From: Mytilus californianus
Lineage: Eukaryota
Length of the DNA: 64,000 nucleotides
NCBI RefSeq assembly: GCF_021869535.1
Contig: NW_026262668.1
Location: 129,146,001-129,210,000, forward strand
Direction of reading: 5' to 3'
Made by a program: the position numbers and the translations under genes
Notes under the pieces: generated by a model
What the model was told of the DNA's origin: nothing
The model's database searches: none
What the model saw: the letters and a program-made list of their open reading frames with translations, nothing else
Shown: one piece after another, positions 25,600 to 39,049 of the stretch
Layout: each line of letters starts with the position of its first letter
How positions within the stretch are numbered: the stretch's first letter is position 1

Positions 25600-26800
25600 G
25601 AGTTTTTTAAAACAAATCTGCTAAAGTAACTAGCAATTTGTTCGGCAGAAAGAAATTCCTCTTGTAAAACACATTTTCTTCCCCTTTTCTCTCTCACTTG
25701 TCGCATATCTTGTGATACTTCTTCGGAGTCACATTTTTGTCCTTTTTCTGCCCTTATCAAATTTCTCATCCAAAAAATTGGTTTGATTTTTGTTAAACCT
25801 TTTTGCTTCACGTCTCGATTGTAATACCCAACCTCTTTTATGTGGATTTTTACTTCTACCAGCAGTACAGTTTTGAAAATTTGCAACTAACACATTTACT
25901 TTGTCCATTTGTTTAAAATATTCCAGCTTGACTTTATCAGCTAAACAATGGTTTTCAACGTTATGATCATGTGAACCTTTAAATGCCGTCTAAATGTTTT
26001 TGTACATTCACTACATGTACATAATCATCATGAATTCCTTTAACTTCAATTTCCAACTGTTGTTTATTGACATTCGAGTCCACAACTGTAAATTTGGGCA
26101 TACCCTGAACATGAAGCAGTAGCAGGAATAATCCTTCTCTTATGTCACTCTGTCTCCAAACACGAATGCAGCCCTCCTCTGTAAAACAGAAGTTGTTTAA
26201 TTTTGTGATTTTTGGTAACTTGAAAATTGTATGTTGTTTATTAGGCATTCTCTGTAGGGGTAAAGCAACAATGACATATATATATTCATTTTCATTTTCA
26301 TTACTGCATTTTTGAAATCAGAAACTGTGCAAACATCATTTCCCTTGAGGGTATGCAAATTCAATTCGAGCACAAAGTATGTGAGATGCACATACAGACA
26401 CTGATCTATGGAAACATCCACCATTATATGAGCGAATGAAAGCAATATCAAGAATAGCTTCATACTAGACAACATATCAAAGCAGTTACTCAGGATTGCA
26501 TTAGATGTTTCAGCATCTTGGGTTCCACTGTCGAAAATATGGATTATGGTGTGTGAAGTGACAATACTCTCAATTTTGAAAGTTGCCACAATAATATGCC
26601 AGTTCAGCCCTCTTTTACCAAAGTAACTGGCTTGAGACTCCCTATATTGCATTGGTATAAATTTCACTGCCCAGTCACGTTCAATAAGTACTTCGTTGTC
26701 CTTCAGATTTTCCACTACAGTTTTACGTACCATGTCCTGATTAACAGTTGAAGAACATGTTTGTTCCATTCCTGGACAGCTCTTTCACTCTACAATTAAA
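25600..26800 (-). pseudogene. Decayed DDE-type DNA transposase of an unclassified invertebrate family
   Basis: Motifs DWAVKFIPMQYRESQASYFGKRGLNWH, GNDVCTVSDFKNAV, PKITKLNNF.FTEEG.IRVWR and EEFLSAEQIASYFSR are spread over three frames. Family recognised from memory only. Confidence 0.55.
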
Positions 26801-29264
26801 ACAATACAGAAAATTATGAGATAAAAAGTTGAACTGACTTTTGTTATTGTGTGTACTATATACTGTTATATGTACACGATCCTACTATGCATAGCGGCTT
26901 AGATATATACTTGGAGGTAAAGCGACACATGACCAACCAAATGGACAATATATATGAGAGTGACCTACTTATACCTTAATGTTGACCTTCTAGCAATCAG
27001 GCATCTGTATACAAGATTTGATGATCCAAACAAAGTGTTTAGTTACTAAGATATAAACTTGGACGTAAAACTTAACCAACGTCATAAAAATGGCAACGGG
27101 AAAATGAAGGTCGCGTTAACCTATTTTTACATGAAAAGTAACTAACTGTCTAATCATAAAAAAAAAGACATAATACACCAATAAAGGGCAATAATTTCAA
27201 CATCAGTTATGGATCATCACGAAATTTGGCAATGGATAGATCTCATCATTCTGAACACTTTGACCCCTATACTTAGTGTGGTTCCAGTCTGCTCAGGTAC
27301 CTTCAGAGGAGAAGAATTTTTGACAATTATTATGTGAAAATCGCCAAAAAACCCAACAACTCCAACATTCGTTAACGGATCCATGGATAAAACGCGTTTA
27401 CCACCCGTTTTTGAGATTTTTTTTCAAAATCTGCTATCTGACCCCTATGGTCTATTCTTTTAATAATCGCCATGTTCCTCATTTTGAAAGCATGTAGGAG
27501 ACAAACGTAATTAAACGATAAAATCTGTTCTAGCTGTTATCACATGGGAGGTTTGTGTTTTTATTTTTTATAAAATAGTAGATATTATAAAAATAAGAAA
27601 ATGTGGTATGATTGCCAATGAGACAACTATCCAACAGAGACCAAATGACATAGAGGTTCACAACTATAGGTCACCGTACGGCCTTCAACAATATAAAAAC
27701 TGTCAACCGAATTAAAAGGATCATCAAAACAAGTTATTCATCTAAAACATCTAAAGAAATTTTTACATTCCAAAAATAGTTAATTCACTATTTTCATATG
27801 TTTTATTACAAAATTTGATTGTTAGTTATTTGTTAGAAGTTAAAGAACTAGTTACAAGCACAAAACTTTTAGTTGTAGAATACTTACTAGAGGCAGAGAT
27901 GGAACGATATTTCACTGGTTCTGTTGTGTAGTTAATGTAGCCAATTCATTGTTCAGAATGATTGCAAAAAACATTGTTATAGTCTGTTTCACAAGTGAGT
28001 TTTGAGCAATATTAATCTTTGATACATATATGTACTCATACACAATTACTACATAACTGAAAGACAAATTGCACAAAAAATTCATAGAACTAATAATGAA
28101 AATACAAATAATAGAAATAAGAAGATGTGGTATGAGTGCCAATGAGACAAATCTCCATCCAAGTCACAATGTGTAAAAAGTTAACGATTATAAGCACATT
28201 ATGTTGCTTCATACAAATTGAAACAAATGTATGATTTTGACGAAGAAACTATAACATACTGTCCCTATTTTTTCTCTCCGCTAGTAATGCAGTCATATTT
28301 TCATATATGATGAAGTAGATCTGATTTTGGATTTCTTACATACGAAATATACAGAGTGGGCTTAATTGTTCTAACATGAAGCATGTTTGACTTTTTTTTG
28401 GTCTAAAATTAATGTATTTCTGTTTGTTTTTTAATATGTAGTTTTTTTTCATAGCACTTTAACACTGTATATAAAATTTTATTTTTTGTATAATATTTTT
28501 CTTTTCCCTATTTTCAGGTACTTCATATGAGCTAAGCCTTGTTGATGTACTAGGAATGTTTATCAATGTAAGTTATTCTTTACCTTTCTTCTGATCTTGT
28601 TACGTGATACGTCTTCTATAGATAAAAGAGGTAGACCCAATTGTTTTAGATAAAAAAAAAATAGCCGGTTTTACTTTTTTTTAATAATAGTGTATTATCT
28701 CTTTTAGGAAACAAAACTTGTCATTTTTTGTTTTGGATATACTCAAATATGCTTGTTAGCAACATAATTATGAAACATATGTTATATTGCAATATGTACT
28801 AAATTTTACTTCTCCTTTTTTTAATATTTACTCTTGTAACATTTTTCTTTGAATCTTTTTTCCATTCGATTACTTTTTTATAAATACTAAATACAAACAA
28901 ACATAAATAAAAGATGAGACAAAAAATATACACATTACCGATTTTTTCCTTTATTCACATGAGGGTTGACTTAAGCTTTTTCCATGTGCTTCTCGTAAAG
29001 AGTGAAAAAATACAGTGATATCCGTTAAGGTTAGGTCACAGTAAATGGGATATGTCACATATTTTGGTAAAATTTTGCATACAACTTTGGCTCGTTGAAC
29101 TATAACTGAAAATCGAAAAAATAATGCATTCATCTCTGAATTTTTGCTGATTGAATTCTTTCAAAATAGGTTAACATGTGGATCGAAACCCCATAAAATC
29201 GGCAAAAAAAAACGTTTGTCTTAAATCATCAAATATCAAAAGAAAAAAATCAAACCTTGACCTT

Positions 29265-30220
29265 AAGTTCACGTTTCAGTTTATAGATGATATCCTCTTA
29301 CTTAATAATTTAAAGTTTGGTGACTATGTTGAACGCATTTTTCTCATCGAACTTCGAATAAGGAATATCACAGATACAACAAAGTCTGCTTCATATCTTG
29401 TCTTATTTTTCAAACTGTAAACATTCTATTTCTATGAAGCAAATTCAAGCAGCGCACACATAAGGAATATATATCTACCAGTTGATATAACATTCTAGAG
29501 TTGCGTTTTCTTTCATGATTTCCTTGATATGGCGTTGCTGCTTTCAACAAACCTATTGACCTTAAAGTTGAAGTCATCGAAAGTGGTACGGACGCTTTCA
29601 AGATACGGTTGATCGCTATGAAATGTCTGTGTCACAGATCCCCATCGATATTGTCAAATTGACAAAACCACAACCCATTCCGTCTTCTTTTCCTCGATTA
29701 TGACATCACTGAATGCGACTAATCATCGTATTTTTACTTGCCATAAGTAACATGACGGCTGCCACTTTTAGAGCAGGATATGATTACCCTTTCGGAGAAC
29801 CTGAAATCATCCCCGGTTTATCGGTGTGGCACGTTTTGCTGAGACTTTAATTTTCTGTGTAGTGTTTTGAGTAATGTTGTTGGTATTTTCTACATTTTTC
29901 TTTTGATGGCTATGATTGTCTGTTATTCATCGAGTAATAATTTTTTATTTTCCACTTGATATCTTCTGCCTCTTTTTCTGATAAACTTAAGCATTTTGTG
30001 CCAATAATAACCTTAAATTATGCTATAATGATTTCCTTGATAGAGGGTTGCTACTCACAACGGGGCTATGGACCCAGGGTTCGTATTAGTAAAGTTTAAG
30101 TCATTCCCTCGAAAGTTTTACGGACATCATCATGATGCGATTGACCGTTATGGAATATCTATGTCACAGATACCAACGAATACTGTCCAACTGTCGTAAC
30201 CTCAATCCGGTCTTCGGATG
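29265..30220 (+). mobile_element. Penelope-like RT 3' fragments (two adjacent pieces)
   Basis: FTFQFIDDILLLNN..FGDYVERIF..EL.I..ITDTTKSASYL (YIDD-like motif), followed by thumb region and tail; a second thumb piece at 30020-30220. Confidence 0.7.
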
Positions 30221-31504
30221 GTAACACAAAAGACTATAACTTTTAAACAATGGATACAATATTAACGTATGCATAATTTGGGATTTTAGCATTTTTTACG
30301 GATTTAAGTCAATTACGACAGCAGTTTTCATGTTACACAAATTTAACGTTCCTCCAAATTCAAAGCGTCAATGCAGACAAAGATATATAGCAAACGAATT
30401 AAGCACACTGTAAAATAAGACCTCAGAGAAATTGCCGTCAAGAAAAGGTAAACTGCCAATCGGCAACGACAGTTTTTTTTTCTCGTAAATTCAGTACATA
30501 CCGTGTTCCTTTTAAAAAAATATCCATAGTCCGGAAAAAGACTGCACTATCCATATTATTAGAATTCAAAGTTTATCCTCAGGGCAAATTTTGTAATATA
30601 TTAGTCTTGTATATTTAAAGCAAACTATAATCACTGTATATCGGTAGCAGCTATTTACTTATTTCTTTTGAATACTAATCCTAAATTGATTTCTTAACTG
30701 TAAAAAGGAAATGTCTTTAATTGATCACAATTTAATTGATTGAATTATATTGAAATCACAACATGGATGAAAATGTGATGTCTGCCGGGGCACATTAGAT
30801 CACTCCCGGTTTTTGGTAGGGTTTGTTTTGCTTAGTCCTTAGTTTTCTATGTTATGTTGTGTTTTGTATATTGTTGTTTGTCTTTTTTGTCGTTTTTCTT
30901 TTTTTGTCATGGTGTTGTCTGTTTGTAATCGACTTATAAGTTTGAATATCAACTTGGTATCTTTAGTTTCTCTTAAAGTATGAATATCGTGAATAACTAA
31001 TCTATTTTGAGTATATTCTACACAAAAATGGACTCGATGTGAGTTGTAAATAACAAATGTACTCAAAGTACATTTGACATAACAAATGTACTCAATATGC
31101 ACACAATATGTTTTCTATATAAGAATCAACGTTCTATATAATTATACTGGCTAGTTGTGGGTAAATCTATTTAATCCATACTAATGTGAACAATCGAATG
31201 AAAGTTGTAGGTCCAAAGTTAAGACAGTCTCAACTTTTATAATGTTTTCTCAAATCCTCAGATCTAGTACTTATTGTGGTTTTGTCTAATATCATTTTCA
31301 AAATATTTTCATATCATCAAATTTGATGCAATTACAGAGTAAATCATGAAGATGTTTTTTAACTATCTCTTCTACGTTAAGCTTTGTATTCCGAAAACGT
31401 AATTCATTGATGTTTGGGTTTAGACTTACTCTCGGTCCTTTTTGTTTTCGTCAGCTCTTTAACGTTTACATAAGAGTTTGGACTTTCAATTATTCGGCAT
31501 CAAT

Positions 31505-31546
31505 TATCACTGAAGAGACATAAAATGTCAAAATGCAAATCTGATG
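31505..31546 (+). ncRNA. Minimal type I hammerhead motif, family B, GAAA mutated
   Basis: TATCA-CTGAAGA-GACA-TAAAA-TGTC-AAAA-TGCAAA-TC-TGATG. Intact CTGAAGA, full stems I and II. Confidence 0.68.
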
Positions 31547-32459
31547 CAGTAACATTGGAATATTTTTATGCTATTGATGACTTTACTAATCTTTTTTTCA
31601 TAATTTTGATCGTACATTTCATTGGCCACATTGAAAATAAAAATTGGTACTTGTATGAAACACTATCAAATGTAACAAATAAATTCCAGTCAAAAGTAGT
31701 TTACCTACGCGACAATCTCATAAATCAATTTTAGAGATACAAATCAAAGTAAAAATAAAATCTGAGGGAACCACGTCTCATGCTACATAAAGTGTATTAT
31801 AAAATGAAAGAAAACAGGTTTTTGTTCAGATGTTTCTTGCTAGTTACTGTGTAACTACTTAATTAAATACATTTTCGTCTTTTAAACATATTAGTAATAG
31901 AAAAACAAAGTAAGTATATTAATAGATAATATGCAACCAAACACATATTTAAATATAAATGTCCAATTAACTTCTAAAATATGTCAGGAATATGACAGTT
32001 GTTATCTATTCGTTTGATGTGTTTGGTTTTTTTTTATTTTGCCATTGTATTACATGTCATTGTTTAATATTTGCCTACGTCGAATTGAATACACTTGAAA
32101 CAAATATGAGTTATAAATAACAGTCACTGTGTAGTATGAAAATCATGTGTTCGATTTCATCACTCAACAAATACTGCATAATTTATGGACATACGATTAG
32201 GTTCGTCTGTTAATTAAGAGTTTATACGGTTTGATATATTCAATTTTTGCAGTTCAACCCAAGAAGATCAAATCCCTGAACTTCGGTCAATGGTCAATCA
32301 AGTGTACACTAAAAGCGGCTGTAAATTACTTCTGACGAGTTACTAGTTCGTTGGTTAACTCAATTGTATTTACCCAATACGACATTGTTACTTGACCAAT
32401 GTTATGCTATTGCCAAAACGTTTTGATTCCGGTCCATAAAATTAACTCGGCTAAATCAA

Positions 32460-32606
32460 TCAATGTCCATTGTGCATATTTAAATGTTGATGTCCTGATT
32501 CTATTCCGTATGGACGTAAATGGTATATGTAAAACTCTAATGCGTACATTTTCTGTGGAGGCACATAATGAAAAGATATGGCATAGTCACTTATACTTTC
32601 TGTTCC
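32460..32606 (-). CDS. C1GALT1: Core 1 beta-1,3-galactosyltransferase-like, last coding exon
   Basis: TGTCTTTTGCAG|GGA acceptor, phase 0. GTESISDYAISFHYVPPQKMYALEFYIYHLRPYG is the conserved C1GALT1 C-terminus; TGA stop. Confidence 0.92.
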   Translation of the reverse strand, partial: GTESISDYAISFHYVPPQKMYALEFYIYHLRPYGIESGHQHLNMHNGH

Positions 32607-33619
32607 CTGCAAAAGACAATATAGATTATCAAAACCTTATATTATACATAGAAAAATGGTGTATCTCATTTTTCCGCGAAACATCATGTTGGGCAGTTTT
32701 GTGTCAAAGGCTACTTACCACAGAGAAGTGAACGGGATACTTCTTGGTCGATCGCTTGTTGGTTGTTTTCCCTAGAGAGGTGAACGGGATACTTATTGTT
32801 AGATTGTTTATTGGTTATTTACTGTATAGAAATGAACATGGTATTGATTGATACATTGTTTTTTGTTACTTCTGAAAATACAATATAGCAATGCATAGTA
32901 TACTTGATAGAATATTGGTTATCTACCGTTCAGTAGTGAACTTGAAACGTATTGATAGATTGTTTGTTGGTTGCTTACTAATTACGTAAGTGGTAATGAG
33001 TTTGTGGGCTACCATGTTAAACCAGTGCCTAGGTTGTTTTGCCTGCTAAGCTACCATTTCCTTGACATTTAGCCAGCTACGGTACCAGTATTACTTAGTT
33101 TGAAACTCAGTACTAGGGTTAATAGATATTCAAAATGTCCCAATATGAGAACAAATAGTGTTGACCTGCAGTAATACTTTTTACCTTTCGGAACACAACC
33201 ATCCGTCCTGTAACGATATTACTTTCTTACTAGCATTCGAGTGTTCCCTAAGCCATTTAAAATACTAAAATACTGATTTTTATTATAATATACAGGATAC
33301 TAGTATTCAAATTACACACCGTTAGTGTTGTAGCCTAGTCGTCTGAGTCACTAGCTCCTATCTATCTTTTCATCTCCATTCTGTTTTAATAACATTTTAA
33401 CGAATGGCGATATAATTAATATTTAATATATGATTTCAATATCACAATTTCGAAAATAGAAATTTCAAATGGGATACTATAAAAAGTGAAATAAGAGGCG
33501 CAACCGTCAAATATTCCAAGTATGAAAACATGAAATTGCCGGAAAGAAAATCCAATTTAGAAAAACACGACAAGACGAAATTCTCTCTCGTAATTACTTA
33601 TATAAAGAAATTAATACAC

Positions 33620-34310
33620 TTTTTATATCTAGAAATTGACTATGAGGGTCGGTTGAAAACAAAACTTTACGACAAAAGAGATGATTTCAGCTTCCCAATT
33701 GTGACCTTTTCATTTTTAAACCACGAGTTTCAAATAATGCAGTTGAAATCATCACTTCGTAAATTTTACGGACGCCATCACGAGTTGGTTGACCGTTATG
33801 GAATATCCGTTTCACAGATGATATCGGATATGTTCCTTATGTCGTAACTACAATCCCGTTCCCTTTTCACGAATGTGACCTACCGAATTAGACTATTTAC
33901 TGGCTTTGTAATAACACGATCAACACGACGGGTGCCACATGTGGAGCAGGAACTGCTTACCCTTCCGGAGCACCTGAGATCACCCCCAGTTTTTGGTGGG
34001 GTTCGTGTTGCTGAAGTACCCCTATTTGTGAAATTTTTACCTATTGTGTCTGTGTGTTTTGTTCACACATCGTTGTCAATATAATGGAATTTGATGCGTC
34101 TGTCATACAAGTGAGAGGTTTAGCTAGCTTTAAAACCAGTTTTAATCCACCATTTTCTACATAAGAAAATGCCTGTACCAAGTCAGGAATATGACAGTTG
34201 TTATCTATTCGTTTGATGTGTTTGGTTTTTTTTTATTTTGCCATTTGATTGGGGACTTTCCTTTTTGAATTGTCTTCGGAGTTCAGTATTTTTGTGATTT
34301 AACTTTTGAC
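33620..34310 (+). mobile_element. Penelope-like RT 3' fragment plus tail repeat
   Basis: LEIDYEGRLKTKLYDKRDDFSFPIV..LKSSLRKFYGRHHELVDRYGISVSQM, then the GAGCACCTGAGATCACCCCCAG tail. Confidence 0.8.
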
Positions 34311-34329
34311 TCATTAGATATGATTAAAG

Positions 34330-36840
34330 AGGATTTAGAATATATAGTAAACAATCAAACAAGTGGGCTATCACACGCCGAGCACAGCGGAAACAACGAG
34401 AAAAAAATCTAAATAATTCTAGTCACTAGAAAAACGCAATTATTAAAATAAATGTATCAGCAAATTATTTGTAAACAAAATTGAAATTACATCACAAGAT
34501 AAAATACTAGACGAAGAGATAAGTTTCTATGAAAAAATACTCGTCAAAAGAAGACGATAAATGTTCGTGGGATTCTAACTTTTTTATTTGGATTTATTCC
34601 TAAGCTTACAGAAGCAGTATAACATATATGCGATGCATCATTTAGAAATAATAAAAACCCTGGTACAGACGGACTAACAACTGCGTCCTACAAATGTTTT
34701 TGATTGACATAAAAAATACATTATAGAAATCTATGAATTTCCTTCCAAACCGGAACCCTCTCAGTAGATCAAACAATTTATTCCAAAACTTATAAATCCG
34801 TATCACATGGGATATGTGGCTGGTAGATACATTGGTGGAAATCGACGACTTACTGCTGATATCATATTGTTAACAACAAGAAAGAAGTATCCAGGTCTTA
34901 TATTACTAGTCGATTTTGAAAAAAGTGTTTGATACGCTAGAATGGAAATTTATTCAAAAAGCATTGGTTTGTTTTAATTTTGGCATCAAGTTCAGGAAAT
35001 GGATCTTAATTATTTTCTCAAATATATATTTAGTCTTGTAGTTAATAATGGATTTAGTTCTAACCCATCTCAAATAAAGAACGGTGTTCGACAAGGGTGT
35101 CCATTGTCTCTTTTTGTGATTAATTTTGGCCGTGTAGCTACTGGCAATAAGTATTCGTAAGTACAATCAGATATCTGGCATACAAATTGGGGACACTGAA
35201 ATAAAAATTTCACAGTTAGCTGATTATACCACTTGTTTTCTGAAAGATGTCTTTTTTGGACCAGATTCATTGAACTCATTTAATGATCTAGAGAAGTGTT
35301 CTGGGTCAAAAGTAAAATTTTCTAAAACCGACAAACTAGCAACATGGATTGGAGGACCGATGACTTTAAAATCTTAGGTTTGAATTTTATGCTTGTGAAG
35401 AAATGGTTAGTTCTAATTTAGATACATGAATAGAAAAAATGAAATCATTTATTGAAGTGTGGAAGTTCAGAATCCTTTCCTTGATCGATAAAATTGTGAT
35501 TTTCAAATCAATTGCATTATCTAAGCTAATTTATGTCATTTCATTTACTCATGTAACAAACATATTATGTAACTGAAATACAACGTGATACTAACAGTTG
35601 TTAATGGAATAATGGTACTCTGAATGTTAAATAGGAAGTTATTCAAAATTCTTCTAGCGAGGGTGATCTGAAATTCCCAAATTTTGAATTACAGCTGTTA
35701 TCCCTTCAAATTATGTGGGTGAAACGATTTCTGTCAGAACATGACTCGAAATGGAAACATGTTTCCGAAACATTCTTCCATCTATTTGATTTACAGGATT
35801 TATTTATGAGCAGATTTGAATTTCCGTTTTTAAATTTAAAAGCACTTCTTATTTTATAAAGAAGTTTTATCTGCTTGGAAACGTTTCAAGGGGATTTTTA
35901 ACCCGTTATATCCATTTCATGTTAGAAAAAAAATTATTTGGTTCATTCCTTTTGTAAAAGTTGACAGTACGAGTATTTTGTACAGATCTTGGCACATGAA
36001 AAGCACAAAAGAGAGGCGAAAGATACCAAAGCGACATTCAAACTCTTTAGTTGAAAATAAACTAACAACGCCATGGCAAAAAAAGACAACAACAATACAC
36101 CCAACACAACATAGAAACCATACCAAAAAAACCCGGGGGTGGTCGCAGGTGCTCAGGAAGGGTAAACTGATCTTGCTGCATATGTGGCACCCATCGTGTT
36201 GATCATGTAAGTACAAACCCGATAATAAGTCTAATTCGGTAGGTCACATTCGGGGCATAATGTTCATCAATGATATTGTAGATGACAATGGTGAAATTTT
36301 GTATCATGACGCTATTAATTTAAAATATAACCCAAATGTTATTTTTGTAGACATTCTATCTATCAAACTTGCTATACAACGTGACTGGAAAGTGTTAATA
36401 AAGCAACACATGTCACCTAACAGCAACTCATTTGGATTTGTTTTTGAGCATGATAATAAACAAATGCCGATCATTAAATTGTTCGCTAAAGATGTTTATT
36501 TATTTTTTATCGATCATAGACATGTTTCTCCTGTTTCACAACAAGGGTCTGAAGAAAGATTTAATAAAGAAATTAGTGATGAAAATGGAAAAATATTTAT
36601 TCACTGGATTTTAAATGTACTATTGAAAGTAAAATACAAGCTTTTCAATACGAAATTTTAATATACAATAGTCTCTAATAACTATCTTCTTATTGATTTA
36701 ACATACTAGTATACAAATGAATGTGCCAGTTGTAAAGAGGTAGAAACTATAAAACATAATTTCTCTGAACGCAATAAAATAAAACATTTTTGGAGAAAAT
36801 TTTACTTATTGATGTTGTTTTTTTTTTAGTAAGAATATTT
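34330..36840 (+). mobile_element. Tx1/L1-like non-LTR retrotransposon relic (copy 1)
   Basis: Decayed RT motifs (PGTDGL, DFEK.FD, GVRQGCPLS, KISQLAD) and a C-terminal C..C...ET..H zinc-finger remnant. Homologous to 54930-58600(-). Carries an insertion at about 36001-36254. Confidence 0.85.
36001..36254 (-). mobile_element. PLE-tail fragment inserted in LINE copy 1
   Basis: Matches 47490-47760. Absent from LINE copy 2, where ACATGAA joins GGGCATAAGG directly. Confidence 0.8.
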
Positions 36841-36852
36841 TTGTAAATATAA

Positions 36853-37266
36853 TAAAGAGCTGCGCCACGAGCGCATGATACGCCCGTCGCTTTTTCAACG
36901 AATAAAGTTCCATTACTCCTCTATGCCCTATCAGAAATGTATAAAACTTAAGGGAGCTTATTTTAATATATATAAACCAGCCAACAAAGTTTCATGGAAA
37001 CTGCTCAAAGCATTTTTGAGTTATTGTCCGAAAACTGGATAATCCCATATTCTCATAAATAAAATTCCATAACTCGGAAACGTAAAATCTAAAATTTATA
37101 AAAATCGAAAGGGAGCTTACGTCAATAGATTTAAACAATTCATCAAAGTTTCATGAAAATTGTTAAAACCTTTTTGAGTTATTGTTCGACATGTTGACGA
37201 GGGACGGACAGACGGACGGACGGACAACGGTGTATCAAAATGGTCTCGTAAACGGGCGTATGATAA
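36853..37266 (+). mobile_element. Pearl/HINE-like element
   Basis: ATACGCCCGT (36878-36887) / ACGGGCGTAT (37252-37261) inverted pair with a (GACG)n tract before the 3' end. Confidence 0.7.
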
Positions 37267-37284
37267 CGTATACATAACAATTAA

Positions 37285-37884
37285 AATAAAATGCTCCGCG
37301 GGGCACAGCTTTATACGACCGCAGAGGTCGAACCCTGGGCAGTCAGGTCAAGTATGGATACTACTTTCAAGCTTGGTACATATCTGAATTTGGATTGTGA
37401 TTGAATATTTGACACAGCATAGGTTTCCGACACAGAATGAATATGTCAAAGAACTGAAAAATTTGAAATTGGACTTTAACCTATTATGGTGCAATATCCA
37501 AAAGCTAAATACATGGTTAGATTCAGCGTATCGAAATACACCAACAATTTAATTGATTTATTTATTAATGGACAATATTAGGTAAGTTTTTAAAATGCTC
37601 CATGAAGGAGTTAAGTTTAAGCTGTAATTGGTAGGAAACCTTTTATCAAATTAACTAGATTTTCTGTTATCGAAACTACGTGAACAAAATTTGCCTGTGT
37701 ATGACCCCTAATTCCTTAGAGGATACGGCAATAAGACCGAAATTCTATCCAACCTTACTTTTGTGGTATGGAACCTTGTGGTATAATACCATACACTTAT
37801 ACTCAAGTCATTGCCTAGAAACCAAATGTTTTCGGATGACGACAACGACAACATCGCCATACCGTTATACGGTCGTATATCAAA
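37285..37884 (+). mobile_element. Pearl/HINE-like element
   Basis: TATACGACCG (37312-37321) / CGGTCGTATA (37870-37879) inverted pair with a GAC/AAC microsatellite before the 3' end. Confidence 0.65.
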
Positions 37885-38031
37885 GCATCATATGCATATA
37901 AAACATACATATGTAACTGTAAATTGTTTAACATTGAAAAAAATCCTGCTGTTTGCTTCCTTCGTCTATATAACACAAACATGAAAGACACAACACAATC
38001 CGAATATGTAATGAATTGTATGGTTACTTAC

Positions 38032-38690
38032 CTTTTTAGCGCCATTGGCGTCATATTGGTAATACCAATCCCCATATATACCGAATAAATGAGTTTCTGG
38101 ATCAAAGCAATGGAATCTGCTTCTTCCTAATGCATCCGTTGAATTGACAGTTTTAACACCAAGATTCTCCATACATTTTCCAAGTTCTAAGTCCTCTGAA
38201 CCACCGTCTTTACGACATATTCGTGGGTCGTTCCCTTTTGTTATTAATCTAGTTAAAGCTTCTTTACTCAACACATAACCGGCACCGCCGCTATAATAAC
38301 CTTGTTTTACGAATGTTTTAAAATGATGTCCAAAATAAATGGGGTCAGTAGTTTTGTAATCATTCAAAAAATATCTCAGATTTTCTAGTATGACATAAGT
38401 ATCATCATCTGCTTTCATAAACCAGTCAGCCTTGTCTTTATAATGTTGATATACGTATCTAAAAGCTTGCATAGTTTTACCAGTCAAATGTTCCCGTCCC
38501 TCTGATACATTCACTCCAATAGTAGGGAAACTAGTATTTGTAACGGAACTTATGAAAATAAGAATGTTGCATCTTTTAGCCCATGTTTTCCTTACATGTA
38601 TAGCTTTTTTATCTAAATTTTGTGGGCAGGTCATAACCCAGCACAATACTCGGATTTTCTTTTCAAGGTCCTTCGCTAAAGAGTTATCAT
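38032..38690 (-). CDS. C1GALT1: Core 1 beta-1,3-galactosyltransferase-like, catalytic exon
   Basis: GT31 motifs RVLCWVMTCPQN, TWAKRCN, WFMKADDDTY, YFGHHFK, GYYSGGAGYVLS, EDLELGKC, RFHCF. TTCTTTTTCAG| acceptor (phase 1) and AAG|GTAAGT donor (phase 0). Confidence 0.95.
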
Positions 38691-38848
38691 CTGAAAAAGA
38701 ATAAATGATTTCAGAAAAAGAATAAAGTTTTACAGAACAAAGAAAACATACAACCAGAAGCTCGTCATAATACCATTGGTAATAGCTTGCTGATTTTATT
38801 GAATTCCTTTTAAAACTTTTTTTGACCTTCCAAATTGTTTAATTCCAT

Positions 38849-38890
38849 CACCACTGATGAGTCTCATGTAAACGAAACGTACGTCTGGCG
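38849..38890 (+). ncRNA. Minimal type I hammerhead ribozyme, family A, intact core
   Basis: CACCA-CTGATGA-GTC-TCATGTA-AAC-GAAA-CGTACG-TC-TGGCG. Full CUGAUGA/GAAA/GUC core, one mismatch each in stems I and II, palindromic stem III ACGTACGT. Predicted cleavage after C38885. Confidence 0.8.
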
Positions 38891-39049
38891 TACACATGTT
38901 TACTCCTAGTATCTTTTATGGGTTTTTACAAATACTGGGTCGATGCCAATGTTGGCGGACCTTTCGCACCGAATGTGTCACCACCATAGTTGTTATCATT
39001 TTGTGTTGACATGAAATATCATATTTATGTTTTTTGTCTGTATCGGCCT

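Noticed and set aside
31054-31076. Perfect 10-bp hairpin CAAATGTACT-CAA-AGTACATTTG
   Set aside because: Short, AT-rich and part of a small local duplication; not distinguishable from chance.
32399-32731. 110-aa + strand ORF
   Set aside because: It is antisense to the last C1GALT1 coding exon, with no independent support.
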